Of a DNA stretch of 64,000 nucleotides, positions 1 to 13,931 are shown one piece after another. Numbering within the stretch: position 1 is the first letter of the stretch; the number at the start of each line of letters is the position of its first letter. The notes under the pieces were generated by a model. The model ran no database searches, was not told where the DNA came from, and saw only the letters and a list, made by a program, of their open reading frames with translations. The DNA comes from Tubulanus polymorphus (lineage: Eukaryota > Animalia > Nemertea), in assembly GCF_964204645.1 (NCBI RefSeq), contig NC_134025.1, forward strand, positions 15,314,001 through 15,378,000, written 5' to 3'. The position numbers and the translations under genes are program-made.

Positions 1-49
1 AATTGATTTATATATTTTTGTTACTGAAACTAATTATTTTAATGTTAAG

Positions 50-1213
50 ATGGAAAATATATTCAATGTTTACGTAATTAATTTTAAAAATTTAAATGAG
101 GCAAAACAATGGTTATTAAAATCTAATATGAAGTATTGGCAGAACCAATTAAATTTTGCTGTTTACTGTGCAACAACAGGATGTGGAATAAGTTGGAATG
201 ATCATTTAAATAAACCAAGTTTACCATTGATGTTATCACTTTTTAGATTTCATAATTATTTTCAAATAAAATTAATATTAGATGAATTAGAATGTCCTTT
301 ACCAGGTTCAAAATATTTTAATGAACTAAATAATAATATTAATTTTTCTAAGTTTTATAAAATATGTAATGAATTTAATATTAATTCAAATAATGATTTT
401 AGATCAAGAATTGGAACAATGGGTGGATTAGGAATATTATATACTAAAGAATTTGGAAAAATAATGACAAATTCAGATATAAGAACACTAAATTGGAATG
501 AATTACCAAAATATTATAATAATATACAACAACAAAACAATGATGGTTGGGTTTATTTCATTTTAGAAAATAGTGAAGGTTTTACTAAAGCTGGTATACA
601 AAGAATAAATCAATCTATTAGAACTTATTTGATATGTATTTTAGGTGCGCAAGTTGAAACAAGATCACCAATAGTTGGAAATGACAACACTTCATTCGAT
701 GCGCAGAAACAATTCAAAGTATTATTTGAAGATTCAATTCATAATGATAAAAATAAATCGATTCCAGAAAACATTGTAAGATATCAAAATTATTTAGATA
801 AATCACATATTAGATTAAGTTATTGTATAGGTCCTAATCTATTAATTATTTCTAATGATTTAGTATTAAAGATGGGAAATATAATTGGTTATAATAATCT
901 AATTAAAACTGCAACAATAAATAATTCATTTGGATTAAATGATATAAATAAAAAGATTATTACTGCTCCAAAACTAATTGAAGGTGAAAAAAAGTAAAAA
1001 ACATATTCAATCAACAGAAACTAAAACTAAGAATATTAAATTAAATAATGATTCTAAAATAAAAGATTATAATACATCATAAAATATTAAAACTGATAAT
1101 ATTCAACATGATATAATTAAACTAAATGATGATATTAAATCCCATGAAAATACTGAATTAGCTTTAACTTGTATAGGAATTGTAATCGGAGGAACATTAT
1201 ATTTTAAATTTTA
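50..1213 (+). pseudogene. Polinton-like virus conserved protein with C-terminal membrane anchor (left remnant copy; starts upstream of window)
   Basis: ORF 50-997 is highly similar to 51924-53099 (YWQNQLNFAVYCATTGCGISWNDHLN). The hydrophobic tail (LALTCIGIVIGGTLYFKF*) follows after a frameshift and stops. Confidence 0.8.
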
Positions 1214-1230
1214 ATTTTTTTATTATGTAA

Positions 1231-2659
1231 ATGGCAGAAGGTAGAGAAGCTTATGAAATGGGAGAAATGGAAAATAATAATGATGATAATAATAATGATG
1301 ATAATAATGATGCTGAAACTAATATTGATGATGATAATTCATCAGCGCGTAATTCTAATTTAGCAGATAGTGTTTCTAAAGCCCCATCAACAGATGAATT
1401 TGATTGAAGAACTAAATCGAGAATAAATCCTGAAAATGAAAATCCAGATTAAGTAAAACAAAATTTAGAATATAATGAATATATTTATAATTTCAAACCT
1501 ATATTTGAAAGATCTGGGTATAATATAAATGATAGAGGCGCCAGACTTTTAGTATCAGAATTAAAATCATTAGATGGTGAATATTATTATAATTTGAAAG
1601 ATGATTATTATATTGATATCTCTTATAAAAAACAAAACAAAATATTAGCAGAATCAACTTTGCTTAAAAGTTAGACCTATCTAGAATTAAAAGAATAAGA
1701 AATAGTAATGAAATAGAAGATGTAACACAAGAAGAAATTATTAAAAATGAAAGAGTATTTAAACAAAGAATTAATGAATTATTTGAAAAAATCGATAATA
1801 ATTTAGAACCAGAAACAACTTCTGGTAAATTCAAATCAAATAAAGTTCCAATTGAAAAGCTTTTACCAAATGGATTACTTGACGCAACAGATCAAGAATT
1901 AGAAGAATTAGATATATTTTCTGATAAATCAATTAGAGAAATTATTAGTATAAGACTTGCATCTGATAAAATTGCGCATGATAAAAGTATAAGAGATTTT
2001 AAAATTAGAACTTTAGAAAAAGATAGAACTGATAAAATAAAAGAAATAGAACAATTAAAATTAGATAGAGATAATAAAGTTATTGAAGAAATCGAATTTA
2101 AAAAAAGAAATGCATATTTAGAAAAAGAAAAAGATGATTTAGAATATAACACAGAATTACAGAAACTAGAAATTAAATTATTATTAAAATCATATGATTA
2201 TAATATTAATAGATTAAAAGTTATTTTTAAAGATTTGTTGATAAAACCAAATTCTGAAATATCATTGAAAGATAGAATAAAGTTATTATTTAAGTTAGAA
2301 GGTATAACAATTCTTTCAATTCTAACAGCTGTAACTATGTTATTTACAACAATTGGTTTAGCAATATCAAATGCTTTAAAATCTACTCCTACTCCCAATA
2401 AACCGGATAAACCCCAAATGATAATAATTCTATACAAGATAAAGTTAAAGATGGTTTAAAGAAATTAGCCAAATATTTATGGGAACTATCTAAAAAAGCT
2501 GCTGCAGCATTGCCCGGAATTATTGCATCAATTGTTGGTTTTATATTGAAATCTGCAGGAAACATTATTAACTTTGCTGCTGAACATATTATTTTATTTT
2601 TAATTACAGTTGTAAGTGCAATTATTTTTGGGTTAGTAAACATAATCAAAAATAAATAA
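1231..2659 (+). pseudogene. Polinton-like virus coiled-coil/multi-TM protein, decayed copy
   Basis: Colinear with 51667-50192 (EGITILSILTAVTMLFTTIG; AAAALPGIIASIVG), with several stops and frameshifts. Confidence 0.8.
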
Positions 2660-2679
2660 TTAATTTTTTTGTTAAATAA

Positions 2680-3075
2680 ATGAGTGGGAGTTATATCAAT
2701 CCTTCTAAGAATCATAGAATATCTAATGCTATTAAAGCAGAAAGATCACATCATATAATTACTCATAACCCTTCTAATATTAATCCTGATGAAACTTTAT
2801 ATGTTAGAATCCCTCGATTAACACAAAATACTTTTTATGTTCCAAATAGTATTTATTTATCAGCCGATATAAAAGTAACTGGTAATAATAATAATTATGT
2901 TGTAGATAATGTTGGGAGATATTTGATTAAAAAATTAGCTGTAAAGATTGGACCAGAAACAGTTTTCTCATTAGATGATTATAATTTATTTATGCATTAT
3001 AAAGATTTATGGTTAACTAAAGAAAATAGAAATAATATGATATTTCAAGGAATCCAATCAGAAAACCAAAATAAA
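2680..3075 (+). pseudogene. Major capsid protein N-terminal fragment, truncated by an insertion
   Basis: Near-identical to the first ~132 aa of 48920-50167. Homology stops abruptly at ATATAGCTGC (3076). Confidence 0.85.
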
Positions 3076-3925
3076 ATATAGCTGCAAAGCAGCGATAACG
3101 GGTTTTCTGCACAGTCTTAGAATCCTGTTCAACGGTGGATTTCGACGAAGCATTTGATAAGGCACAACATCAGCCATTACTAAACAGGCTATTAGGAAAC
3201 AGTATCAATGATAGGTCGCCCAAATGGCTCAGCAGTTATCTCTGAACGAAAACTTGTAGCCGAAATCAACGGAACGCCTCATCTTGGAATAAGTCGGATA
3301 AACTAGTGGAGTCACGCAAGGTAGTATCCTAAGTTGTCTTCTGTTTAATGTCCTGACAAATGACATACACACTAATCCAACATATCCCAGACCGAGTAAA
3401 TTTCCAAATCGACCTTAACACGCTGTTCGACCAAAAAACTTAATGTTCCAACAAGAAAATCTTGTTCGAATGAAAATAATTCTGTTTGATCGAACAATAC
3501 GCTTTTTGCTTGAACCAAAAATTTTCTTCATTCTGACAAAAAATGTGTTCGAATAAAAAGCTATGTTATTGTTGAAATGAAAAATTTTAAGTCCCGGCAA
3601 AAAAATTTGGTCGAGCGAAAACAATTTTTTCGAACGAATGTTTGAATGAAAACAATTCTGTTCGATTGAACGAAATACTTCATACTTTCGGTTCGGAGAA
3701 AAAAAATTTTTTTATTATATACTTGTTCGAACGAAAAACTTAATGTTCTGACAAGAAAATTCTGTTCAAATTTAAAAAGATTCTGTTCAATTGAACGATT
3801 GTTCGAACGAAAAACCTTTCGTTTGGACAAAAAAAAGTTTGTTCAACTTTGTTCTTGCGATTTTGTCGCGTCGCAGAAAGTAGAACACGTACGACTCCAT
3901 GTGACTGGCGTTGCTGAAAGTTCAG
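3076..3925 (+). repeat. Left arm of long inverted repeat (partner ~14600-15757)
   Basis: atatagctgcaaagcagcgataacgggttttctgcac... is the reverse complement of ...gtgcagaaaacccgttatcgctgcttagcagctatat (ends 15757). Homology continues through the TTCGAAC-rich segment. Confidence 0.85.
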
Positions 3926-4178
3926 GACGACAGTTATATGACGACTTTCAAGTCGTCAAAACGTCACGATACGTCAACATATTTATGTTGACTTGATGCG
4001 ATATATCGCGATATATCGACATAAATATGGCGACTTGTCGAGTTGGAACGCGACAACTCGAGGCCCTTTATCGCTTCCGTAGGTCTTTCATTAAGTAGGA
4101 TCACTTGAATGATCGCTTTAATATCACTTTAAAAAAAAAAGAATCTGCCAAAATGACCTTAATATTCGACACTATATC

Positions 4179-4580
4179 TACGGAAGCGATAAGGGGGCTC
4201 GAGATGTCGCGTTCCAACTCGAATAGTCGCCATATTTATGTCGACATACCGCGATATATCGCGTCAAGTCGATATATCGTGACGTTTTGACGACATATTT
4301 CGTTTTCTCGACCATTTTCCTCGCGACAAGTCGACATATTCATGACGACTTGAAACTCAGTCGTCATATTACTAGCGTCCTCATCTTACACTTAGACATG
4401 TCTTCAAATGACGGCTTGTCCCGTGGAAAATGAGCAAAAAAGCGAAATTTGTTGTGAAAACGTCACGATATGTAGACATATTCATGTGGACTTGACGCGA
4501 TATATCGCGATATATCGACATAAATGTGGCGACTTGTCGAGTTTGAACGCGACAACTCGAGGCCCTTTATCGCTTCCGTA
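4179..4580. mobile_element. MITE-like element with TIR tacggaagcgataa; extra TIR copy ~4000-4080
   Basis: tacggaagcgataagggg ... ccctttatcgcttccgta inverted ends. Confidence 0.6.
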
Positions 4581-4669
4581 CTATATCAGATTAATCGACT
4601 TCAAAATAGGCGAAAGCATAAGTCTTTATTACGTTATTAATTGGCCTAATTATTCAAAAGCTAACTAAG

Positions 4670-5670
4670 TGGGCGACAAAACCAAAAAAATTGTCGCGGG
4701 CGATAAAACCAAAATAATGAATTGTCGCGGGCGATAATGAATTGTTGCTGGTGATAAAACCAAAATATTGAATTGTCGCGGAAGATAAAACCAAAATAAT
4801 GAATTGTCGCGGGCGATAAAACCAAAATAATGAATTGTCGCGTGCGACAAAACCAAAATAATGAATTGTCGCGGGCGATAAAACCAAAATAATGAATTGT
4901 CGAGGGCGATAAAACCAAAATAATGAATTTTCCCGGGCAACAAAACCAAACTAATGAATTGTTGCGGGCGATAAAAACCAAAATAATGAATTGTCGCTGG
5001 CGATAAAACCAATATATCGAATTGTCGCAGGCGATAAAACCGCGACATAAAAAAAAAATTGTCGCAGGCGATAAAACCAAAATAATGAATTGTCGCGGGC
5101 GATAAAAGCAAAATAATGAATTGTCGCGGGCGACAAAACCAAAATAATGTATTGTCGCGGGCGATATAACCAAAATAATGAATTGTCGCTGGTGATAAAA
5201 CCAAAATATTGAATTGTCGCAGGCGATAAAACCAAAATATTGAAGTGTCGCAGGCGATAAAACCGCGACAAAAAAAAAATTGTCGCAGGCGATAAAACCA
5301 AAATAATGAATTGTCGCGTGCTACAAAACCAAAATAATGAACTGTCGCGGGCGATAAAACCAAAATAATGAATTGTCACGGGCGATAAAACCAAAATAAT
5401 GAATTGTCCCGGGCGACAAAACCAAAATATTGAATTGTCACGGGCGACAAAACCAAACTAATGAATTGTTGCCGGCGATAAAACATAAAATAATGAATTG
5501 TCGCTGGCGATAAAACCAAAATATTGAATTGTCGCAGGCTATAAAACCGCGACAAAAAAAAAATTGTCGCGGGCGATAAAACCAAAATAATGAATTGTCG
5601 CGTGCGACAACACCACAATAATGAATTGTCGCGGGCGATAAAACCAAAATAATGAATTGTAGGGGGCGCC
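4670..5670. repeat. Minisatellite, ~31-33 bp unit (gcgataaaaccaaaataatgaattgtcgcgg)
   Basis: About 30 tandem units without unique spacers; explains the stacked repetitive ORFs at 4654-5672. Confidence 0.95.
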
Positions 5671-5859
5671 AAAATTGTTTTGTCGCCTTATTCTAGTTTT
5701 GTTGTTTTGTTATAATGTCGCCCTCATTTGCATATACGTGTTTTTTTACGCATGGCCCTTATCAGCAACCATACTATAAAGCCTGTAAGGTCGCGTAAAA
5801 CTCGATAAACACTTCAAGCGACACAGCGAACGATCTCCTTTCCCCCACAGCGAACGCTT

Positions 5860-6155
5860 AACCTAGAAGTGGCTACTAGCCTATGTAGGCCTATGTATAT
5901 GCGTAGGCCTAACATCCGGACAGATTGGTCGTAGGCCTATTGAATAACAACCCACCTAAATATCGTAAATTTTGTTTTGAAGTTCAATCCAATGAGTCCG
6001 TTAATAAAGGCAACAATTATACTGTGTTTTAGTATAGCTCAGTACCGGTAGGCCTAAAGCCGCGTAAAACTCGATAAACACTTCAAGCGGCACAGCGAAC
6101 GATCTCCTTTCCCACACAGCGAACGCTTACTCCGAATGTCAAGTGTGAGTCCAGC
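5860..6155 (+). repeat. Inverted repeat arm (partner ~13932-14245)
   Basis: ggctactagcctatgtaggcc...tccgaatgtcaagtgtgagtccagc is the reverse complement of 13932-14245. Confidence 0.8.
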
Positions 6156-7256
6156 ATACGGAAAGGAGTGTGTTATATACTTGTTTTTAGTAAATACCTT
6201 GTGCATTTGACAATGATCGGTATGTACTGTAGGAAATATAGAGTATTGATGGTATTGGTATAGAGTTTGTAGCCCGCGGCCGAATAAAGTAATATATTCT
6301 TTTATTTTGATACCTCGTCGACATAACAGCTTTTCTCCGCTATATCTCTTCGGCGTGTTTGGTTTAGGCCTACGATTCCCCGGTACACTAAAGATTTATC
6401 TTAGTAAATACACGGTTAATTCGGTAAAGAAAAATAGGTATTGTTAAACTAACTCCTTGAAACCCGCAGCCAAATCACTAGTAGTAATAAATTAATTTGT
6501 ACTCGATTTGATTCTCATGATGAGGAGAAACTCGCAGCTGATCCCCGGAACGACGATGTAGTAACACACGTCAATTCGTCGATGTTTACGGCTCGACAGA
6601 GCTTTTAAAATCTGGTAATATGATCTGATGAGGAAAATGGGCTATTGTTAAAATCACTGTTTGAAGACCGCGACTGAATGTGAAGTCTGCGGCAATAAAT
6701 TAGTTCATTTATACTTGAATTGATAATCGAAGTGACAGTCGGCCTGCGGGTTGATTTCGGGATGACGACTCGAAAAACATGTCGCCCCATTGAATGGGGC
6801 TAAATTTTCGATGTTTACGGCCCGACAGCGCTTTTGTAACGATGATTCGTGAAAAAACACGCGGGCTATTTGTAGATCTCAGTGAGCTGAACGATATTAT
6901 ATGGATTGTATATGACATTATGATAATGCCGGTTTGCTAGCGTATCTATTTAACACCCGTATTGCTCGGGTGACTTTTACTACCAACGGGTGGCGCTGTG
7001 TGTAAATTTCACATAAATCAACGACTTTCGGCTATTAGCGGTACTTAAGACCACTTGAAAACATCATAGTCAATTACGGTAGTAGTGAAAATAAAAAGTT
7101 ACAGTTCGGTGTACAGCACCATAGCACCCATATACATTTTATTCAGACTAAGGACTTAGTTAACACTGATCTTCATTTCCATTAATTAATGATCTGTTGA
7201 ATTAATTAGTAATTCAGTCTTTCGGTGGTTCGAGATAAAATGCCCGCAAAATAAGA

Positions 7257-8740
7257 ACCAACGAACCAGGGCTGACCACAAATTGCCCAACAGATAAATT
7301 TTCGGAAACGAAACAATCATGTTGAGTATCAAATAACTCGTGGCGTGGACCTTGGTCTATCAACTGACCAATGCATGACCAGTACTGGCTATATAGTAAA
7401 TTATCTGTTTTGCAAACAATTAAGTTGTTTGGTGTCAAATGACTAGATATAATGTGGATATTAAACTAAAAATTGTTTAACTGACCAATGCTTGACCAGT
7501 ACTGACCAGTTACCACTAACTAGAACCCACCATAAGTAATTTATATGTTTAGTAAAGCAATAAAATCGTGTTTGGGCGTCGAGCTACGAGATACGGTGCG
7601 GGCTATGATCTAACAACTATTTAACTGACCAATACTGACCTTAAAGTAATTTGTTTATTCTAGAAGCAACACAGTCGTGTTTGGTGTCAAATAATTAGAA
7701 ATGGTGTGGGCTTTCATCTAACAACTATTCAAGTGACCAAATCTTGACCAATACTGACCACATAGCTATATTTATCTGTTTCGGACACAACTTAGTCGTG
7801 TCTCGTATCAAATAATTTCATTCGGTCTGAACGTAAATATAACAACTCTTTTACCTGTACAAGCTACACCAGTACTGTCTAATTACCGGTTAAATGTTTT
7901 TAGAAATAACACGGGGTATTGCCTGAATCCTTCGTCAGTACTACTCTTATTAAATGTGTCGTTTTAAAAGTCTTGTCCAATTTTTATCGTAGGAAGCGAA
8001 CCAACGAACCAGGGCTGACCAAAAATTGCCCAACAGATAAATTTTCGGAAACGACACAATCATGTTTAGTATCAAATAACTCGTGGCGTGGACCTTGGTC
8101 TATCAACTGACCAATGCATGACCAGTACTGGCTATATAGTAAATTATCTGTTTTGCAAACAATTAAGTTGTTTGGTGTCAAATAACTATATATAATGTGG
8201 ACAATAAACTAAAAATTGTTTAACTGACCAATGCTTGACCAGTACTGACCAGTTACCACTAACTAGAACCCACCATAAGTAATTTATATGTTAAGTAAAG
8301 CAATAAAATCGTGTTTGGGCGTCGAGCTACGAGATACGGTGCGGGCTATGATCTAACAACTATTTAACTGACCAATACTGACCTTAAAGTAATTTGTTTA
8401 TTCTAGAAGCAACACAGTCGTGTTCGGTGTCAAATAATTAGAAATGGTGTGGGCTTTCATCTAACAACTATTCAAGTGACCAAATCTTGACCAATACTGA
8501 CCACATAGCTATATTTATCTGTTTCGGACACAACTTAGTCGTGTCTCGTATCAAATAATTTCATTCGGTCTGAACGTAAATATAACAACTCTTTTACCTG
8601 TACAAGCTACACCAGTACTGTCTAATTACCGGTTGAATGTTTTTAGAAATAACACGGGGTATTGTCTGAATCCTTCGTCAGTACTACTCTTATTAAATGT
8701 GTCGTTTTAAAAGTCTTGTCCAAATTTTATCGTAGAAAGC
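7257..8740. repeat. Tandem duplication of a 743-bp unit rich in TGACCA
   Basis: accaacgaaccagggctgacc at 7257 and 8000; near-identical ORFs 7214-7438 and 7984-8181. Confidence 0.9.
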
Positions 8741-8948
8741 GAGCTAACTTTGAAATTTCCCACTAAATGCAAATGATTTTCACATCGGGTTTTGAACGAA
8801 CAACGTTTCGATTTGTAATTGTAACGTGCGCATTTGAGCCCGTAACGTGCACATTTCACTAGTGTGAACGTGCGTATCGGTACCATTATGCGAAACTTGT
8901 CAAACTTTTGCGTTCAAGACGTTTAAACTAAACACTAAAGGAGATATT

Positions 8949-8997
8949 ATATCATATCATATCATATCATATCATATCATATCATATCATATCATAT
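8949..8997. repeat. (ATATC)n microsatellite
   Basis: Direct reading. Confidence 0.95.
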
Positions 8998-10889
8998 ATA
9001 TGAATAATGAATAGATGGAAGATAATGTAGTAGTTTTGAATGTTTCGTAACTGCTGTCCACTGACCGCAGATCATCAAAGTTAATCGCCTCATATGAAAT
9101 ATATATTCGTTATAAGGGATGTAGTAGTTCAGTGAGAATTCAAACTTATGGGTAATTTTAAGCGATCACAACGCTGACCAATAGAGAAAGCTGTATCACA
9201 ACAAAAGTGCGACTTACGTATCTTATTGAAACATTGTAAAATACCGGATAGTAAATGGGAGAACCCTGAATTCGAAACAATTCCACACTCAATCGTTTAC
9301 TTTGAAAACACAATTTGCAATTTGTGGACATCCATTATTTCTGCACCAAAAGCATGAAGTATATTATCTTTGCTCGTAAAAATTTGAAATTTTGAGGAAG
9401 ATTTTTGGCCTCGTTAACCTGTGAACACGTCCTTCATATATTTTCTAAGACCGATCTTGATATAATGCTGAGAGTTTAGAGAAAATTATGGTAGGATGTA
9501 AACTTAGGCCGCTTCGTATCCGTGGAAGGTTGCTAATTATTGATCTTATACACAATAATCATAAGTACGTAACACGAGACTCCATAGAATATTGTTTTTC
9601 AATCATACGTACACAAATTATTGCGATATAAATAGTACTTTAATATACTTTTTACTTCTTATACTGAATATTTCTTTAGTAGTATTAATAAAGAGTGGAT
9701 CAGCAGGCTACCTGAGCCAATTCCACGATTTGAGGTCAGTTGCCAAAAGTTAGTAAGTTTACATACCAGTGGATAGTTAACATTTAAAATGACAATTAAA
9801 ACTTCATTGCTAAAAATAACTTTGTATTCGTAGAATAGTCACACTCAAATGCGGAGAATTGATAATACCATAATACGATACGAAAATTCACTGTGTACAA
9901 ATTCAAAAAGATGATCTCTAGTAAACGATCGAACGTTGTGTCTTTATTTTCTAATGATAACACTTGGTTTGAGATTTGAAATGTGTACATATTGGATCTT
10001 TTTCATATTAACAGTGCATTTAGTCATGTATCATATTGTATAATGGTTAATTTAAACTAACTGGTTTTAGAGTTGTATCCTTAATTCCTGTAATAGAGGA
10101 TGCAATCTTTTTGTGGCAAACAGTACAAATAGCTAGAAAAAGCAACGATAGTGCATTGGTAAACTTAAAGCAAGCGTACATTGGTTGTTTAGGTTTTTCG
10201 TTGGGAAAATTAATGTTTAATCATCATTGAAATATCCGAGGCGAGCTTTTCCAGGAATTTACAAAGTTGAGCTTTACACAAGGAATTTTTTTGTAGTCCG
10301 ATATCCGTGATTACCTCTGGCTTGGAGAGATACAATCTAAAACCAACCGTCGAGTCAAATATTTTACCACAATTTTCTATGATTAGTAAAAAGATTAAGT
10401 AATAGACATAGGCATGCAAACAGTAATATCTGAAGTCCACTCCATTTCAAACTCATTCATCTTTACACAAACTCCAACTTGTTGAACAGTTCAAAATCGC
10501 GTGGCTTGAATTATTACGATAACTAAAATCAGGGACCACGATACTTGCTCATCTACACTGGCTTCCAATTTAACAAAGGATTGAATTTGAGTGTTTGATG
10601 TTGTAACAATAGGCCTACCATACTGAATTACGGATTCACTTTTTACTTTTTGATTGAACATTTATATCACATATTGGGTCATTTCATTTTTACCAGTATA
10701 GGCCTTATTGGAAGAACCTATCCGTATATCATGTTTAATTTTATATAATCTGACTTTTGAGATGTCATTCAATCAATGCATTCATATGCGGTCGTCGCTT
10801 TCAAAAGCCACCACGGACTGACTCCTTAGCCATACCTTGGCGGACGATCCCACACGTTTCTTGCTCCAGCCCTAGAATGCTCAATTATA

Positions 10890-11297
10890 AGGCGCTTTTA
10901 CGAAATTGAATCTGATTCGGTTTAGCTAAATCCGATTCGATGTGGGAAAACAAAAGGTTTAGTAAATCGAATCGTTTTTCGTAAATGAGTCGAATCAATT
11001 TATCAATTTAAAGGTCGCGATTCGAAAGAAAATGGGCGTCAATGGTGACCGAATTATTGATATATGATGGTCTGCAATAGATGTCTTTAGCCCGCGGTCG
11101 AAGACGACGCCATGTTGGATTTCACTGACTAAATCGCCACTAAACTTGCTCGCCGAGCAAGTTAGTCGATTTAATAAATCAATTTACTAAACCGCGTCCA
11201 TAAACGAGTTGATTTACCAAATCGGATTCACTAAACCGCGTGCCGTAAACGTGAAACTTAAATCGATTTACAAAGATTCAGTTTCGTAAAAGCGCCT
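10890..11297. mobile_element. MITE (aggcgcttttacgaaa TIR) inserted in a probable L2/CR1 3' remnant
   Basis: aggcgcttttacgaaa...tttcgtaaaagcgcct. The right flank reads FKRLLKTHLF followed by tgtaaagcgcctttgagca. Confidence 0.65.
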
Positions 11298-12209
11298 ATA
11301 GTCGTCATGAACACCCGATTTGAATTCAAATTCAAAAGACTCCTAAAAACGCACCTGTTTACTCGATTACTGTAAAGCGCCTTTGAGCATTTATATGCAA
11401 GAATCAGTGAGAATCCTCGCATGAGAATGAATATAATGTGATTTCAATTAAAGAAGACACATGGCCTCATATCATTACGTTATGTTTTTTAACGGGTGGG
11501 CGAGATTATATTCTTATGTTTTTGTTTCTCTGAATGTCTCTATTTAAGAGTTCAATAATAATTTCAGTCAACCAAACAAAGGATTTTTCTGTATGTTTCG
11601 TGTCCTGTTTTTCCATAACCCTAGGACTGCATTTTAGGTATTTTTCGTGGATGACCGAACGCTGCTGTCCCTTTCTAGTAATTTGATGATATCTGTCGAA
11701 ATATAAATATTAAAAAGGAATCAGGCATATCTCCTTGTTTGACTAAGTAAGAACTCAACTTTAAGTGACACTCCCTTAAAGTAAAAGTCGAAGTAAAATC
11801 ATGTGTCGAGTGGAGATGATATTGTGTCAGAATTTCTTCAAAAGCGGAGAAAATTGAATATTTTGAAAATAATGATTTCACATGTATGTTTGAATCCGTT
11901 ATAACTGGAGCAATTTTCATAAAAACATATCTATGGAATCAACGAAATGTAATTAAGAAGAATACTATGTTTAAGATGTTATCAAAGGCATTTGAAAAAA
12001 GTTTTCTGATTTCGTCAACTGTGAAACTAGTGTCAACCAGATGTGTTCCCATTAAACGAACCGACTGCGAGCCGAGTCGATGTGAGATGTGACCTACACT
12101 GAAAATCTCAAGCGCTACCACTGGTTTTTAGGTGCTTCTGAATGTCGGCCGTTAAAAAACTAAACAATTGCCATTTGGAAAGGGCCTAGTTAGAGAAAAT
12201 GCTAGATGT

Positions 12210-13931
12210 GTATATTGTGTGATATTTCATGTGCGTTTGGAATTTAACCTTGTTTATAACGAAACACACATGTTCTTTTCTATTTTAGAAGAGCGCATGA
12301 TAGTGCAATAAAGAACTGACAATGAAAAAGGGTGACTGATATCACACCGAATTTCAATTCCTATGAACACTTTTCATATAGTGAATTCTGTACAAGAGTT
12401 AAAAAAAACTTGAAATATTAACGAAACAGTTTTTTGACGGACAAATCGTTACCATCAAATTTTCAAAACTTTTTTAATGCCTTGGTGACCACTGGTCTAG
12501 TACGCGGTTTTCTGAAACAAAAATGGCCAAGTTTAAAGAACGACAAATGATTACAAATATTAGGGGCCTAATGCGTTTAATGATTTAATTAATTGGCATC
12601 GCGCTGATTGGTTGAAAGACGGTTGTTAGTCATCTTGCCTGTAATTTAATTGTTTTTTTAAGCATCGATTAACCATAGATTTAATCTTATCATAACTTAT
12701 TTGCAGGTGCTTCTCGCAAACATTTTCTATTCGTTTTCAAACGCAGTACAGTTCAGATGATTCGCGTCAAGCTTTGAGTCAATTAGTAAAAAAGTTTATG
12801 TATTAGCATTACTATGCAGTCAAAGTTACGCACTGCGGCAAGTGAGGTGCTGTGATCCAGATGTGTAACCTATTTAGGAGTAATATATTTCCATCATGTC
12901 AACGCCATTCAGAAACAGTAGCAAAACATACTGCTGGTCTCTAGAAATAACAATACGACGACAACCACTTTCGAATTCGACGATATTCGAGAAGTTTCAC
13001 TTGGGCAGTGGTGGTCAGTGATGGTCAATTTATGAATTTTCAATGGCGAATCCTTTCTAGTTTGACACCATAACGCGGTATATCGTTCTCATATTCGAGA
13101 AGTTTGAATTGGTCAGTGGTGGTCAGTGATGGTCAATTTATGAATTCTCAATATTTATGGCGAATCCTTTCTAGTTTGACACCATAACGCGGTATATCGT
13201 TCTCATATTCGAGAAGTTTGAATTGGTCAGTGGTGGTCAGTGATGGTCAATTTATGAATTCTCAATATCTATGGCGAATCCTTTCTAGTTTGACACCATA
13301 ACGCGGTATATCGAACTCATATTCGAGAAGTTTGAATTGGTCAGTGGTGGTCAGTGATGGTCAATTTATGAATTTGCAATGATGATACCTCGGTAGTTTG
13401 AAAACAAACATGACTTGATAAATTTCCGAAATTCGCAGTCAGGTGTTCAGACTCGGGAATATCTCAATTGGTCAGTTGCTGACCATCATGGTGTCACCAT
13501 GTGGTCTATAGCTCAAATGAAACACGTGGGACCGACGAAAGGGCCCAAAAGCGTAAGTCATTTCCTGAGTGATGTGATCCAAAAATGCCCTAACTGGAAA
13601 AGGCAGTCTTTCAATTGGACGAAACCAAATCGGACAGAACAATTAAAATTTGGGAAGGCCAAAGGCAGTGGTCTTTCTACGAAGCCCACGCGGTAGGCCT
13701 ATACTTTGAGCGTATCATTATGAAATCTTTTTTTAAACCACCATGTACCTGATTAAGTAATAAGCATCGTTGTAAGCACTTGAAACACCAATTAACCACT
13801 TGAAACTGTCAGATCAAACATCATACCGCATCCCCGCAAAGAGGGGTAGTTCAGCAAACCGGAGCTTTCATTTGCCTATCTAGACTACCCCGCCAGTACG
13901 GGTAGCCGAGCAAACCGGAAAACTCATAATG
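12210..13931. repeat. Interspersed repeat with ~114-bp tandem subrepeats (12985-13380); inverted copy at ~60486-62460
   Basis: attcgagaagttt at ~12985, 13093, 13207 and 13321; reverse-complement match to 60486-61930 and 62380-62460. Confidence 0.85.

Noticed and set aside
1892-2715. Minus-strand ORFs 1892-2152, 2198-2437 and 2389-2715 (and equivalents at 48238, 50475, 51054)
   Set aside because: Antisense shadows of the viral genes.
4670-5670. CRISPR-like array or repeat-protein ORFs
   Set aside because: Head-to-tail ~32-bp units without unique spacers, no cas genes and a eukaryotic context; ORFs in all three minus frames are artefacts.
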